Shown in pieces: positions 43,820 through 53,079 of a stretch of DNA of 64,000 nt; positions within the stretch are counted from its first letter, which is position 1, and each line of letters opens with the position of its first letter. The stretch is from an uncultured delta proteobacterium. GTDB taxonomy: Bacteria > Desulfobacterota > Binatia > UBA9968. The translations under genes were made by a program, and so were the position numbers. Location of the stretch: the NCBI GenBank assembly GCA_963816145.1, contig CAWFJP010000004.1, positions 32,001 to 96,000 of the forward strand, in the 5' to 3' direction. Below the pieces are notes generated by a model. It searched no databases, was not told the origin of the DNA, and worked only from the letters and a program-made list of their open reading frames with translations.

Positions 43820-44312
43820 GTTGATATTAGCTTTACTTTGTATCGGCCTGATCTCCCTGGGTTCACCCGCGGTGCATGTCTGCCGGATTATTCCCGGCTG
43901 GAGTGCGATTACCGTTGCTGGCGCTGCCAATGCTGCGGAAAAGATTCCGTCGCTTACCTGGGATAATCTCCGCAGGCTCAACCCGCAGTCGGGCAAAATG
44001 CCGGCGGACTTGAAGAAGCACGATGGTAACGTTGTGCGAGTTCCAGGTTTTATCATCCCGCTCGAAGACAATGACCAGGAAGTTTCAGAGTTTCTCCTCG
44101 TGCCCTACCCGTTGGCGTGCATTCATGTGCCGGCTCCGCCGCCCAATCAAATTGTCCATGTGAAAATGGAGAAGGGGAAGAAGGTTCCTTTCGATTTTTA
44201 CGCGCCGGTTTGGGCGCAAGGACGGCTCAAGATTCAACACGAGCAAAACATGTACACCGACACGTCGTACTTCATGAGCGGTCTCTCGATAGAACCGTAC
44301 CGAGAACGATAG
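43809..44312 (+). CDS. DUF3299 family protein (ZrgD-like)
   Basis: VRVPGFIIPLE, EFLLVPY..ACIHVPAPPPNQIVHV. Confidence 0.88.
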   Translation: MKSKLILALLCIGLISLGSPAVHVCRIIPGWSAITVAGAANAAEKIPSLTWDNLRRLNPQSGKMPADLKKHDGNVVRVPGFIIPLEDNDQEVSEFLLVPYPLACIHVPAPPPNQIVHVKMEKGKKVPFDFYAPVWAQGRLKIQHEQNMYTDTSYFMSGLSIEPYRER

Positions 44313-44321
44313 GAGTGAGCC

Positions 44322-44891
44322 ATGTTCTATAAGACATTGTTAATTTCGGCACTCGGCATCTTTGCGCTGGGCGTTAATAAAGGAACCGCAGCTGAACAGC
44401 GCCATGCCGAAGCTCATGTGCACGGCATGGCGGAAATCAACATCGTAGTCGAAGGCAAGAGAGTTGTTGTGGAATTCCACACGCCCTCGGAAGGTCTAAT
44501 GGGTTTTGAGCATGAAGCCAAGACTGACGCAGAAAAGAAAAAACGTGACGCGGCAATGAAAATCGTCAACCAGCGGTCTAACGAACTGATCGTTTTCGAC
44601 AAACGAAGCGCTTGCAAATCGCGTAGTGCTACAGCTCGGATCGCGCGCGGTGAGGACCACGATACTAAAGACAAAACGCACGCGGCGGAAAATCAAAAGA
44701 TCAGCGGCGAGCACAGCGAACTCCAAGCCGTGTACCAATTTGAGTGTGATCGGTCGCCGCTAGGGACCAAAGTGAGTTTTGGCGTCTCGAAGCTGTTTCC
44801 TGACATTCACGAGATCAAAGTACAGATCTTGACCGACACCAAGCAAACCGGAGTAACGATCAAGAACGACAAAGGGAACGTCGAGCTTTAA
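44322..44891 (+). CDS. zrgA: DUF2796 / ZrgA-like periplasmic zinc-binding protein
   Basis: Signal peptide, AHVHG, GFEH, HSE...Y.F.C. Confidence 0.82.
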   Translation: MFYKTLLISALGIFALGVNKGTAAEQRHAEAHVHGMAEINIVVEGKRVVVEFHTPSEGLMGFEHEAKTDAEKKKRDAAMKIVNQRSNELIVFDKRSACKSRSATARIARGEDHDTKDKTHAAENQKISGEHSELQAVYQFECDRSPLGTKVSFGVSKLFPDIHEIKVQILTDTKQTGVTIKNDKGNVEL

Positions 44892-44897
44892 CCGGCT

Positions 44898-45575
44898 ATG
44901 GATTACGCCGTTGACATCGAGCAATTGATTTTTTCCTACCGTGGATCGAAGGCCGTGCTGCGTATTCCCGCTCTTACGATCGCCAAGGGTGAAAAAATTT
45001 TCCTCCATGGACCGAGCGGCAGCGGCAAAACCACGCTGCTCGGAATTCTCGCCGGTGTTCTCAGGGCGACCGAAGGACAGGTGACTATCTTGGGGCAAGA
45101 TCTCGCTCGAATGTCGGGACCCCGCCGCGATGCCCTTCGCGGTTCGCACATCGGTTACATCTTTCAGATGTTCAATCTAATTCCTTATCTCAATGTGCTG
45201 GAAAACATCATCCTGCCCTGCCGCATCAGCCCGGAACGCCAACGACGCTTGAACGGCCGATCGCAACACGATGAAGCCAAGAAATTAGCGGACCGATTGG
45301 GGATCGGGCCGATTGTAAGCGACAACGTCATCGATCTGAGCGTCGGCCAGCAGCAACGGGTGGCGGCGGCGCGCGCCTTGATGGGCGCTCCTGAGCTGAT
45401 CATCGCCGATGAACCGACATCGTCGTTGGACGAAGATCATCGCGAGGGATTTCTTCAACTGTTGTTCGATCAGTGCCGCGAGATCGGCTCGACGTTGATT
45501 TTTGTCAGCCACGATAGACGGATGATGCCGCTCTTCGATCGCGCCGTGTCGTTAGCAGAGATCAATAAGGTTTAA
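44898..45575 (+). CDS. ABC transporter ATP-binding protein (ZrgB-like)
   Basis: GPSGSGKT, LSVGQQQRVAAARAL, ADEPTSSLD, VSHD. Confidence 0.92.
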   Translation: MDYAVDIEQLIFSYRGSKAVLRIPALTIAKGEKIFLHGPSGSGKTTLLGILAGVLRATEGQVTILGQDLARMSGPRRDALRGSHIGYIFQMFNLIPYLNVLENIILPCRISPERQRRLNGRSQHDEAKKLADRLGIGPIVSDNVIDLSVGQQQRVAAARALMGAPELIIADEPTSSLDEDHREGFLQLLFDQCREIGSTLIFVSHDRRMMPLFDRAVSLAEINKV

Positions 45576-45576
45576 C

Positions 45577-46842
45577 ATGTTTCTGCTCTCGCTCGCATAC
45601 CGCTCATTGGCCAATCGCAAACTGACGACGATCGTTACATTGTTGTCGCTTGGACTGAGCGTCAGCCTTTGGATTGGGATCGAACAGATTCGTAGCGGCG
45701 CGCGCGAAAGTTTTTCCAACACTATCAGCCAAACCGATCTGATCGTCGGCGCGCGCGGCAGTCCGATCCAGTTGCTGCTCTACACGGTATTTCACATCGG
45801 TACGCCGACGGCGAACGTCACTTACAAGTCATACAAGGAAATCAAAGATCACAAAGCGGTGCTGTGGACGATTCCCATCTCTCTGGGCGACAGCCACCGC
45901 GGATACCGCGTAGTTGGCACAAACGAAGATTTTTACCAGCATTACCGTTACCGGCAAGACCAGCAATTGGAGTTTGGCCAAGGGCGCGCGCCGGCTGGGA
46001 TCTTTGATGTGGCGCTCGGCAGCGATGTGGCGCAGGCGTTGCGCTACGGTCTGGGAGCAAAGATCGTTGTCACTCACGGCATCACCAACAGCCGCGGCAT
46101 CATGGATCACGACGATAAGCCGTTTACAGTTGTCGGTGTCTTGCGGCCCACGCGCACCCCGATCGACCGTTCTCTTTATGTGACACTCGAAGGTATCGAA
46201 GCGATGCACATCGACTGGAAACAGGGCGCGCCGCCGATCAAAGGACAAGAAACCCCGGCGGAGAAAATCAAAAAGGAAGACATTAAAATTGACCAGATCA
46301 CGGCGTTTTTTCTGCGCACGAAGTCACGGGTGCAAACCCTCGCGCTGCAACGGGAGATCACCAATTTCCCTGACGAGCCGCTGACGGCGGTGGTTCCCGG
46401 TGTCGCTCTGAGCGAGCTTTGGACCGGTATCAGTTACGGCGAGCAAGTGCTCCAAGTGGTGGCGATCTTTGTCGTGATCGTCGGACTCCTCGGCATGTTG
46501 ATGTCGCTCTACACATCTTTGAACGAGCGGCGGCGGGAAATTGCCATTCTCAGGGCCTTGGGAGTTGGGCCGGTGAAAGTAATTTCCCTCTTGATATTCG
46601 AGTCGGGGCTGCTGACCTTAATCGGTACGGTTTTGGGGGTGGCTATAGTTTATGGTTCTGTTGCATTGTTGCAGCCGACGATTGAGCAGCAATTCGGCCT
46701 GCACATCCCGCTTAGGCCGCTCACGGGCACGCAGTATAGTTACCTGGTTTATGTAGTCTTTGGCGGAATTGCCGTCGGTCTCATTCCAGCCTGGAAAGCT
46801 TACCGAAATGCCCTCTCAGATGGCTTAAGCGTGCGAATTTAG
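45577..46842 (+). CDS. FtsX/MacB-type ABC permease (ZrgC-like)
   Basis: TDLIVGARG..QLLLY, PISLGDSHRGYRVVGT, ERRREIAILRALG. Confidence 0.9.
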   Translation: MFLLSLAYRSLANRKLTTIVTLLSLGLSVSLWIGIEQIRSGARESFSNTISQTDLIVGARGSPIQLLLYTVFHIGTPTANVTYKSYKEIKDHKAVLWTIPISLGDSHRGYRVVGTNEDFYQHYRYRQDQQLEFGQGRAPAGIFDVALGSDVAQALRYGLGAKIVVTHGITNSRGIMDHDDKPFTVVGVLRPTRTPIDRSLYVTLEGIEAMHIDWKQGAPPIKGQETPAEKIKKEDIKIDQITAFFLRTKSRVQTLALQREITNFPDEPLTAVVPGVALSELWTGISYGEQVLQVVAIFVVIVGLLGMLMSLYTSLNERRREIAILRALGVGPVKVISLLIFESGLLTLIGTVLGVAIVYGSVALLQPTIEQQFGLHIPLRPLTGTQYSYLVYVVFGGIAVGLIPAWKAYRNALSDGLSVRI

Positions 46843-46945
46843 ATTTGCAGCGATGGGGATAGTGAAAAAAACTTCCTTGATGACGCTGCCGGTGCGGTAT
46901 CGTCGGAGGGTATACGAGTCTTGCTTATGATTTTGGAGATTTGAA

Positions 46946-47437
46946 ATGGAAAAACAAGCCGTCATTTTATTTCTGCTGTTAAGTTTGTTGCTCATCTCGA
47001 AAGGAATGAATTTTGCCGACGAATCCATTCCTGTTCGGCAACCGATTCGCGATAAGTTGGCGAACGCAGCGCGCCATTTTCTCGGGATGCCATATCGCTG
47101 GGGAGGGATGTCGGAGCGTCGCGGCATGGATTGCTCGGGGTTGGTCAAAGCGCTATTTGCCACATTACACATTGATTTGCCCAGGACTTCCCGCGAACAA
47201 TATCACGCCGGGGAAAATGTTGCTGTCGAAAACCTGCAAGCCGGCGACCTGCTCTTCTTTTCATCTGACGGCGTGACGCCGAATCACGTCGGTCTTTATA
47301 TCGGCGACAATCGTTTTGTTCACGCCGAGAAAAAAGCCGGACACGTCATCATCACGGAACTGAATCAGCCTTGGTACGTTAAGCATTTCCTGGGAGCACG
47401 CCGTATTGTGGAATCGGAAGAAGGGCGACGCACATGA
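46946..47437 (+). CDS. NlpC/P60 peptidoglycan hydrolase
   Basis: GMPYRWGG, DCSG, LPRTS, GDLLFF, HVGLY..FVHA. Confidence 0.93.
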   Translation: MEKQAVILFLLLSLLLISKGMNFADESIPVRQPIRDKLANAARHFLGMPYRWGGMSERRGMDCSGLVKALFATLHIDLPRTSREQYHAGENVAVENLQAGDLLFFSSDGVTPNHVGLYIGDNRFVHAEKKAGHVIITELNQPWYVKHFLGARRIVESEEGRRT

Positions 47438-47570
47438 AACAAATGGATCGGTTTTAGTGTTACGTGATCTATGTTTCAAGCCTGACGATAATACAGCATA
47501 GACAGGAATCGCGGCCTGGGAGAAGTTTAGGGAAAGTCAAAAAAGTAAACCCTCTGGAGACGCGCTGCGA

Positions 47571-47870
47571 GTGGCATTCGGATTTAGATTAATTACTTTC
47601 GCTGGGCTTTGCTTAATTTGGTCGGTGCACATCGCTTGGGCGGCCGGCTCTTGTCATATCCACCCGCTGGGAGTCGATATCAAGGAAGCCGAATCGAGCG
47701 CATTCGAGTGGTACAGCTCTCTTGAGCAGTGCGAGGTGGCGAATAAAAAGTTTTTCGGCGGAAGAGGAATGTGTCATTGTTTTCCTGACGGATTTATCAA
47801 CGGAGAAGGCGATGACTGGCGGTCTCGGCTGAGAGATCACGGCACGCTGCAAGAGCCGCCGTCGGAATGA
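47571..47870 (+). CDS. Small secreted Cys/His-containing hypothetical protein
   Basis: Signal peptide AWA, CHIHP, C, CHC; SD GGAG. Confidence 0.5.
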   Translation: MAFGFRLITFAGLCLIWSVHIAWAAGSCHIHPLGVDIKEAESSAFEWYSSLEQCEVANKKFFGGRGMCHCFPDGFINGEGDDWRSRLRDHGTLQEPPSE

Positions 47871-47938
47871 TCATTGATGTCACAAACGCACGGTCGTCTA
47901 CCCTGGGACCGGATGCTGACGGAACGCCTCGATGGAAA

Positions 47939-48556
47939 ATGAAGCACCCATCTAGCATGACCTTCATGCTTGGAATCGGATTGATCGCTGCATTATTCGG
48001 TGCGGTCGCTTGCACGCCAGCAATTGTCACTTCTCTACCGCAGACCGTTCGTCGAATCGCCGTTCTTCCACCCTTCCAACGTGGCGCCGTCAATGCGCGC
48101 ACTGACGCAGACAACGGTCTACCTGTTTTACAAAACATGACTGTGGGAGATGTTCTCGCCCATCAAGCACGCATCAGACTTGCGGAAAAAGGATTCGAGG
48201 TTCTCAGTCCTGGTGCAGTGAAAGTGGCAACCAAGGATCGTGTGCCCACTAGCCCAGAGATGGCGGCGCAGATTCTGCGCGAGGCCAACCTTGACGCGGT
48301 GGCGCTGTACATCGAAATACGGCGTTGGGACCCAACGCCAAGCGAGAGGGGAATGAAAGCCGACGGTGTAATCGTCGCGTTAGACGTGACGATGGTCGAT
48401 CCGAGGACAGGCGCGATATTGTGGCAGCTACACCGTCCATCCCGGCCGGTTCCGCTTTACGGAGTCGTATTGACCGGGCAAGCTAATGTCTTCGTGGCCG
48501 AGACGATCATGCGGGAGGCGCTTGCATTGGTTAAGTTGTCGCAGCCGAATGGTTGA
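47939..48556 (+). CDS. Lipoprotein (DUF799/CsgG-like alpha/beta fold suspected)
   Basis: Lipobox AVA-C, RIAVLPP, L.EKGF, EIRRW, MVDP.TG.ILW. Confidence 0.6.
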   Translation: MKHPSSMTFMLGIGLIAALFGAVACTPAIVTSLPQTVRRIAVLPPFQRGAVNARTDADNGLPVLQNMTVGDVLAHQARIRLAEKGFEVLSPGAVKVATKDRVPTSPEMAAQILREANLDAVALYIEIRRWDPTPSERGMKADGVIVALDVTMVDPRTGAILWQLHRPSRPVPLYGVVLTGQANVFVAETIMREALALVKLSQPNG

Positions 48557-48620
48557 ACATACGTCCATTAGCCGCTAATGGACCATGCTTTATGAACTCA
48601 ACACAGGTTATCCATGGGAC

Positions 48621-51186
48621 TCAATGGCCGGTGTTTTCTTCGGAGCCTGAAAGTTTATTAAGGCGCCGCTGGATCTCGTCGAATTGCTGGCGCAGCGCTT
48701 CGTACTGCTGGCGGAGCATTGCCAAATCCCGTTGATCCTGGGATTTCTCCTTCGTCTTGGAATCGCTATCTCCAGCCAATACAACTTCAGGCACCAACTC
48801 ACGCACGACAGTTTCGTAGCGACGAGCAGCGCCATCATCGCGCCCAGCGGCTGCGACGGCATAGTGATAGAGCGCTGTCCCGGCCCGACGAGCAGCGGTA
48901 ATTTCCGGCGCTGTCGGCCAAAGCGGATCGGCAGCGCCTGCCAAGCGCGTTTCAAGAATATCATAAAACGAAGCTAGACTTTCTCCGGTGAACCAATCCG
49001 CGTTGCCAAATGTGGCGGCGACACGGGTCAAGCGCGGAGCCAGGAATTCAATCAGCGGGCGATCGTCGGTATTAAGCGGAGCGCTGCCGAACAAATCAGC
49101 TACAGCTCTGAGATTTCCGGCGTAGAGCATCGACAGACCTCGCGGAGTCGAAAGAACCGGATCCTTGCTCCATTCGGGCAGTCGCAACGCGCGCTCACGG
49201 ATGCGCGCGAGGTCAAGCCGTCGCGATGTTAGCTGGCCGACCAAACCAACCACTGGAAGCTCCGCATAAAAATCATCGCGCCAGAGACTCACTTGCGGAA
49301 ATACAGCAAGAAACGTTCGCGCGATAATATCAAATTCCCCGCGGGTAAGTTGATAGAGCGGCAGCCACTGACAAAAGATTCCGTCCGGCGCGAGACGACG
49401 GGCCGCGGTTTCATACATCTCTCGCGCGTAAAGGTTTCCAGTCCCCGGATTCCAGGGTACGAACAGGTCGGAGACAATCACGTCGAAACTGTCTCGGCTG
49501 GTCGCGAGATAGCGGCGACCGTCGTCGAGCACGAGGCGTACATCGGAGCGCTCCAATAATTTTGCGTTCCAAGACGAGAAGTGCGCGCGCGCCGCGTTCG
49601 CGACTTCCGGCACGAGTTCAACAACCGTTGTATCTTCTACGCCAAGGGCAGGTGCTGCGCTTGCGCTGATGCCGGTGGCAAGGCCGATGAAGGCAACACG
49701 GCGCGGATTGGGATGGAGCAGCAACGGGAGCAGCCCCTGGCGCCGCTCGCCAACCGCTGCCGCGCTGCGCCCCAGTACGTAGTAGTTATCGAGCCGGAGT
49801 TGAAGATCTCCGCCCGCCTCCGTCACAGCGACAACGCCGCTCGCTCCCTCGATCATCTCGCGTAACGTTTCGCCTTTCGAACCGAGATGTACGAGCGGCG
49901 CTCGCAGTGGATTGGCAATCAACATGGCGAGGAGAACAACGTAAGCGAGCGGTCTAAACCGGCTTTGCGACGGCGCAAGTAGATCAGCGAGCAGAACATA
50001 CACCACCGCCGCGACGAGCAAGCTCCCGCGAACGCCGAGCGCCGGGATTATTAAGAAGCCCATGGCAACCGCGCCGAGGACTCCACCGAAAAGGTTTGCC
50101 GCCGAAAGATCTCCCAGCGGACGAGCTACACTTATCCGCTCGCCCCAGGCGGCCCAGAGGGCGGGCAAAACCATTCCGGACGCAATCGCCGCGGGGCCAA
50201 CTGTTATTGCGGTAAGTGCTATGATCCGTAAAACATATTCCAGCAACCCAGCGCGCATGCCCAAATAGGTGAGCCCATCCGTCCAGTACACGAAGAGCCA
50301 CAGCCCGCCGATGGTTGCACCCGCTGCAACCACCAACCCCATCGCTGCGACGGTATTCGGTGCAGCGCGACGCAGTAGAAACGCCGCCAGTGCCGCGCCC
50401 GCCGCGATCGCTAAAAGAAAAACAAGGATCACCGTCGTGAAGGAATAGACTGAGTTATGTAAAACTTGGGCAAAGAGATGTGTCCAAAGCACTTCGAGCC
50501 CGAGGCCCAAGGCGCCCGTACCGGCGGCGACGAGCCGCAAACGCGCGCGTTGCGGCGGCGGAAACATGGCTTTCCTTGACCGATTCGGTTATGGATGCTT
50601 TCTCACGGCGATCGCCGATCGCGATTGCCAGGAGTCCGGCCAGCAAACTGGCGCCGGCGGCGATGACGTAGCTCGCCCGCACACCGACGAAGATGGGAAG
50701 GCCAAAGCCCGCGGCTGCCGCGCCGAGCACAGCGCCTGCGGTGTTGATGGCGTAAAGGAGACCGCCGCGTTGTCCCACAGTCTCGACGCTGGCAAGAGCT
50801 TGGGCAAGAGTCGGAAGCGTTGCACCTAGACAGAATGTTGTCGGTAGAATCGCCAACGCGACGGCAGCAACGCGTCCCGCGAGTCCAATGTTGGAAAGCC
50901 AAACCTGAGCATTATCGAGGGCCAGTACCCGGAAAATAGTGAGCGACCACAGTGCGCCTCCTGCGGCGCCAAATTCGAGATATCCGTACAATCGCACTGG
51001 TCGTGACGAAGCCCGTCGCGCATAGACTGAGCCAAGGCCCAAGCCGGCAAAATAGCAGGCGAGGACGGTCGCGGCGGTGAAAGCGGTTGTGCCAAGGACG
51101 AGCCCGGCCGAGCGCATCCATAGCATTTCCAAGGCCAGAGCGGCTGCGCCTGAAAGAGCGAAACAGAGCCAAAGCATAAACCGCAT
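48621..51186 (-). CDS. Fused MFS-like/spermidine synthase family membrane protein, frameshifted at ~50550
   Basis: Two repeats of SG..LxLExLW..LG/ LYA.NT.G.V.G TM blocks, then IGLATGIS, VELVPEV, DDGRRYL, FDVIVSD, QWLPLYQ. Confidence 0.85.
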
Positions 51187-51345
51187 GCTACGTTGATTTA
51201 TGTTGTACCACAGCAAATGTAAACTAGATGACTCATCAACGGCCAAAAAATATGTTTCTGTTCGACTCCTCGCTGCCTGTTGTGTCATCTTTCGGAAAGA
51301 TTGATCTCAATAGCAAGTCGGTTACGGCTGCAGCGCAATATTCTG

Positions 51346-51374
51346 TTGACTTCGCGAAGCACATTCGTTAGGTT
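51346..51374 (+). promoter_or_regulatory. sigma70 promoter, leaderless geometry, for RGPP leader 3
   Basis: TTGACT-17-TAGGTT, GTG 51382 begins 8 nt after. Confidence 0.7.
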
Positions 51375-51381
51375 AAACGGC

Positions 51382-51678
51382 GTGGTTCTTTCAGGAATGA
51401 GAAGAGGATTTTCTATTCGCCGTCTCGTTACTGCGACGACTTTAGTATTTGTTTTCTTTCTACCATTTCATTTTCATCTTTCCGTTTCCGCGCAAATCAG
51501 TAAAGAGTGCACTTGCCTCCAAGGTGTTCGAACTCAGCTGGGTGCGATCGCGAATGTTACGGCGGTCGTCCAGCAGCTTTGGATTGCACGCGTTGCCAAT
51601 CAAGCGGTTTCTATTTGGGCCGAAGACAGATTGGAACAGCAGCATGTCCGAGGGCCACCCTTCCGAGCCTCCCTGTAG
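51382..51678 (+). CDS. HxH/CxC-RGPP leader peptide 3, 98 aa from GTG (alternative ATG 51397)
   Basis: FFLPFHFH..ECTCLQGVRTQ..VRGPP. Confidence 0.8.
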   Translation: MVLSGMRRGFSIRRLVTATTLVFVFFLPFHFHLSVSAQISKECTCLQGVRTQLGAIANVTAVVQQLWIARVANQAVSIWAEDRLEQQHVRGPPFRASL

Positions 51679-51786
51679 TTCTTTGTTCGAAATCCGAATC
51701 GTAAAATAACTACGTCCGTTTCCCTTCTATTCTCACCTCTGAATCATAGGAGGGTGACGGAATGGTATTGGAGGGGGGGTAGCAAA

Positions 51787-53052
51787 ATGTTTCTATTATC
51801 AGCGAGGCTGCAACGGGTCGCGGCATTCGTTCTGGTGAGTCTATTGATTGGGTTTCCATCGGCTGCCCTGGCGCAAAGTTCGGAGTTGGAAGCGCTGCGC
51901 GCCACGGTCAAAAACATGGAGCAGCAAATGCAAAAGGCGTTGCAGCGTATCGATCAATTGGAAAAGGAAAAAACTTCGACAACCGTGCGCGTCGAGCAAG
52001 TCGAAAAATCAGTTCAGGCGGTGCAGAGCGCGCCCACAGCGCTAAACCCCTCGATGGGGCTGGTGCTTGATGCGAATGTCCAAAATCTTGGCAAAGCGGG
52101 CGGCAATTTTGATTTCCGCAGCGCCGAGCTGGGAATCGCGGCTTCGGTGGACCCATTCGCCAGAATGTACAGTTTCTTCAACGGCTCAAAGGATGGTGTG
52201 GAGGTCGATGAAGCGGCAGCGATCACTTCTTCGCTGCCATGGAACTTGACGGCCAAGGGCGGCCGATTCCTCGCCGACTTCGGGCGCTTGCCTAAAGTTC
52301 ACGAGCATGAGCTGCCGTTTGTGACTCAGCCGCTATCGATACAACGAATGGTCGGCGGTGAAACCCAGGCGGACGGCGTAGAAATGAATTATCTGTTCCC
52401 GACGCCGTTTTATCTGCGGGCCACGTTGGGAGGAATGAACAAGATCGGCGAGGATAACGATCAGGTAAGCAATTCCAAGCCGCGCTCGTGGAGCCGATTC
52501 ACCTATCTCGGCAGGCTCAACACCTATTTTGATCTAACTGATAATCAAAGCGTTGAAGTTGGCACGAGCATGGCCTATACGCCAGACCTGCGTCTGGCAG
52601 GTGATCCCAGCGGCGGCTATCGCGCGCTTAACGGCATCGATGTGACTTATCGCTACCAGCCCCTCAACAGCGCCGTTTACCAGGGTGTGACTTGGGGTAG
52701 TGAATGGTATACCAACAGCGAGCGGATACCATTTGATACCGACGCGAGTAGTTCTGCCAAACGACAACGGTCATACGGCGGCTATAGTTACGTTGAGGCG
52801 AAGCTGAACAAGAACTGGTCGACCGGATTCCAAGTCGACTACGCTCCCATGGTCGAGACCCCGGCACAGCGGACCATGAGTTACACACCTTTCGTGACCT
52901 GGAATCTCAGCGAATTTAATCGGCTGCGCTTTCAGTACAGTTACTTGAACAACAATTTTCGCGGGGCGGACAAAGCTGAAAACGGCAATCAATTTTTCCT
53001 CCAATGGACGACGGTCATCGGTGCTCATACCCATGGTTTTCTCGGTCGCTAA
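51787..53052 (+). CDS. Outer-membrane beta-barrel protein of the zinc-regulated receptor/porin type
   Basis: Signal peptide, coiled coil, ASVDPF, KGGRF..DFG..HEHELPF, SEFNRLR.QY, C-terminal IGAHTHGF; upstream of a Zn/Mn ABC system. Confidence 0.8.
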   Translation: MFLLSARLQRVAAFVLVSLLIGFPSAALAQSSELEALRATVKNMEQQMQKALQRIDQLEKEKTSTTVRVEQVEKSVQAVQSAPTALNPSMGLVLDANVQNLGKAGGNFDFRSAELGIAASVDPFARMYSFFNGSKDGVEVDEAAAITSSLPWNLTAKGGRFLADFGRLPKVHEHELPFVTQPLSIQRMVGGETQADGVEMNYLFPTPFYLRATLGGMNKIGEDNDQVSNSKPRSWSRFTYLGRLNTYFDLTDNQSVEVGTSMAYTPDLRLAGDPSGGYRALNGIDVTYRYQPLNSAVYQGVTWGSEWYTNSERIPFDTDASSSAKRQRSYGGYSYVEAKLNKNWSTGFQVDYAPMVETPAQRTMSYTPFVTWNLSEFNRLRFQYSYLNNNFRGADKAENGNQFFLQWTTVIGAHTHGFLGR

Positions 53053-53079
53053 GGATTTTCCCAAGGGAGTCTACTTATT

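Noticed and set aside
51290-51345. Possible Zur/Fur box upstream of leader 3 (GAAAGATTGATCTCAATAGCAA)
   Set aside because: Arms are poorly palindromic and nothing similar precedes leaders 1 and 2.
51280-51381. N-terminal extension of leader 3 in the ORF track (132 aa)
   Set aside because: It overlaps the predicted promoter; GTG 51382 gives 98 aa like the two paralogs.
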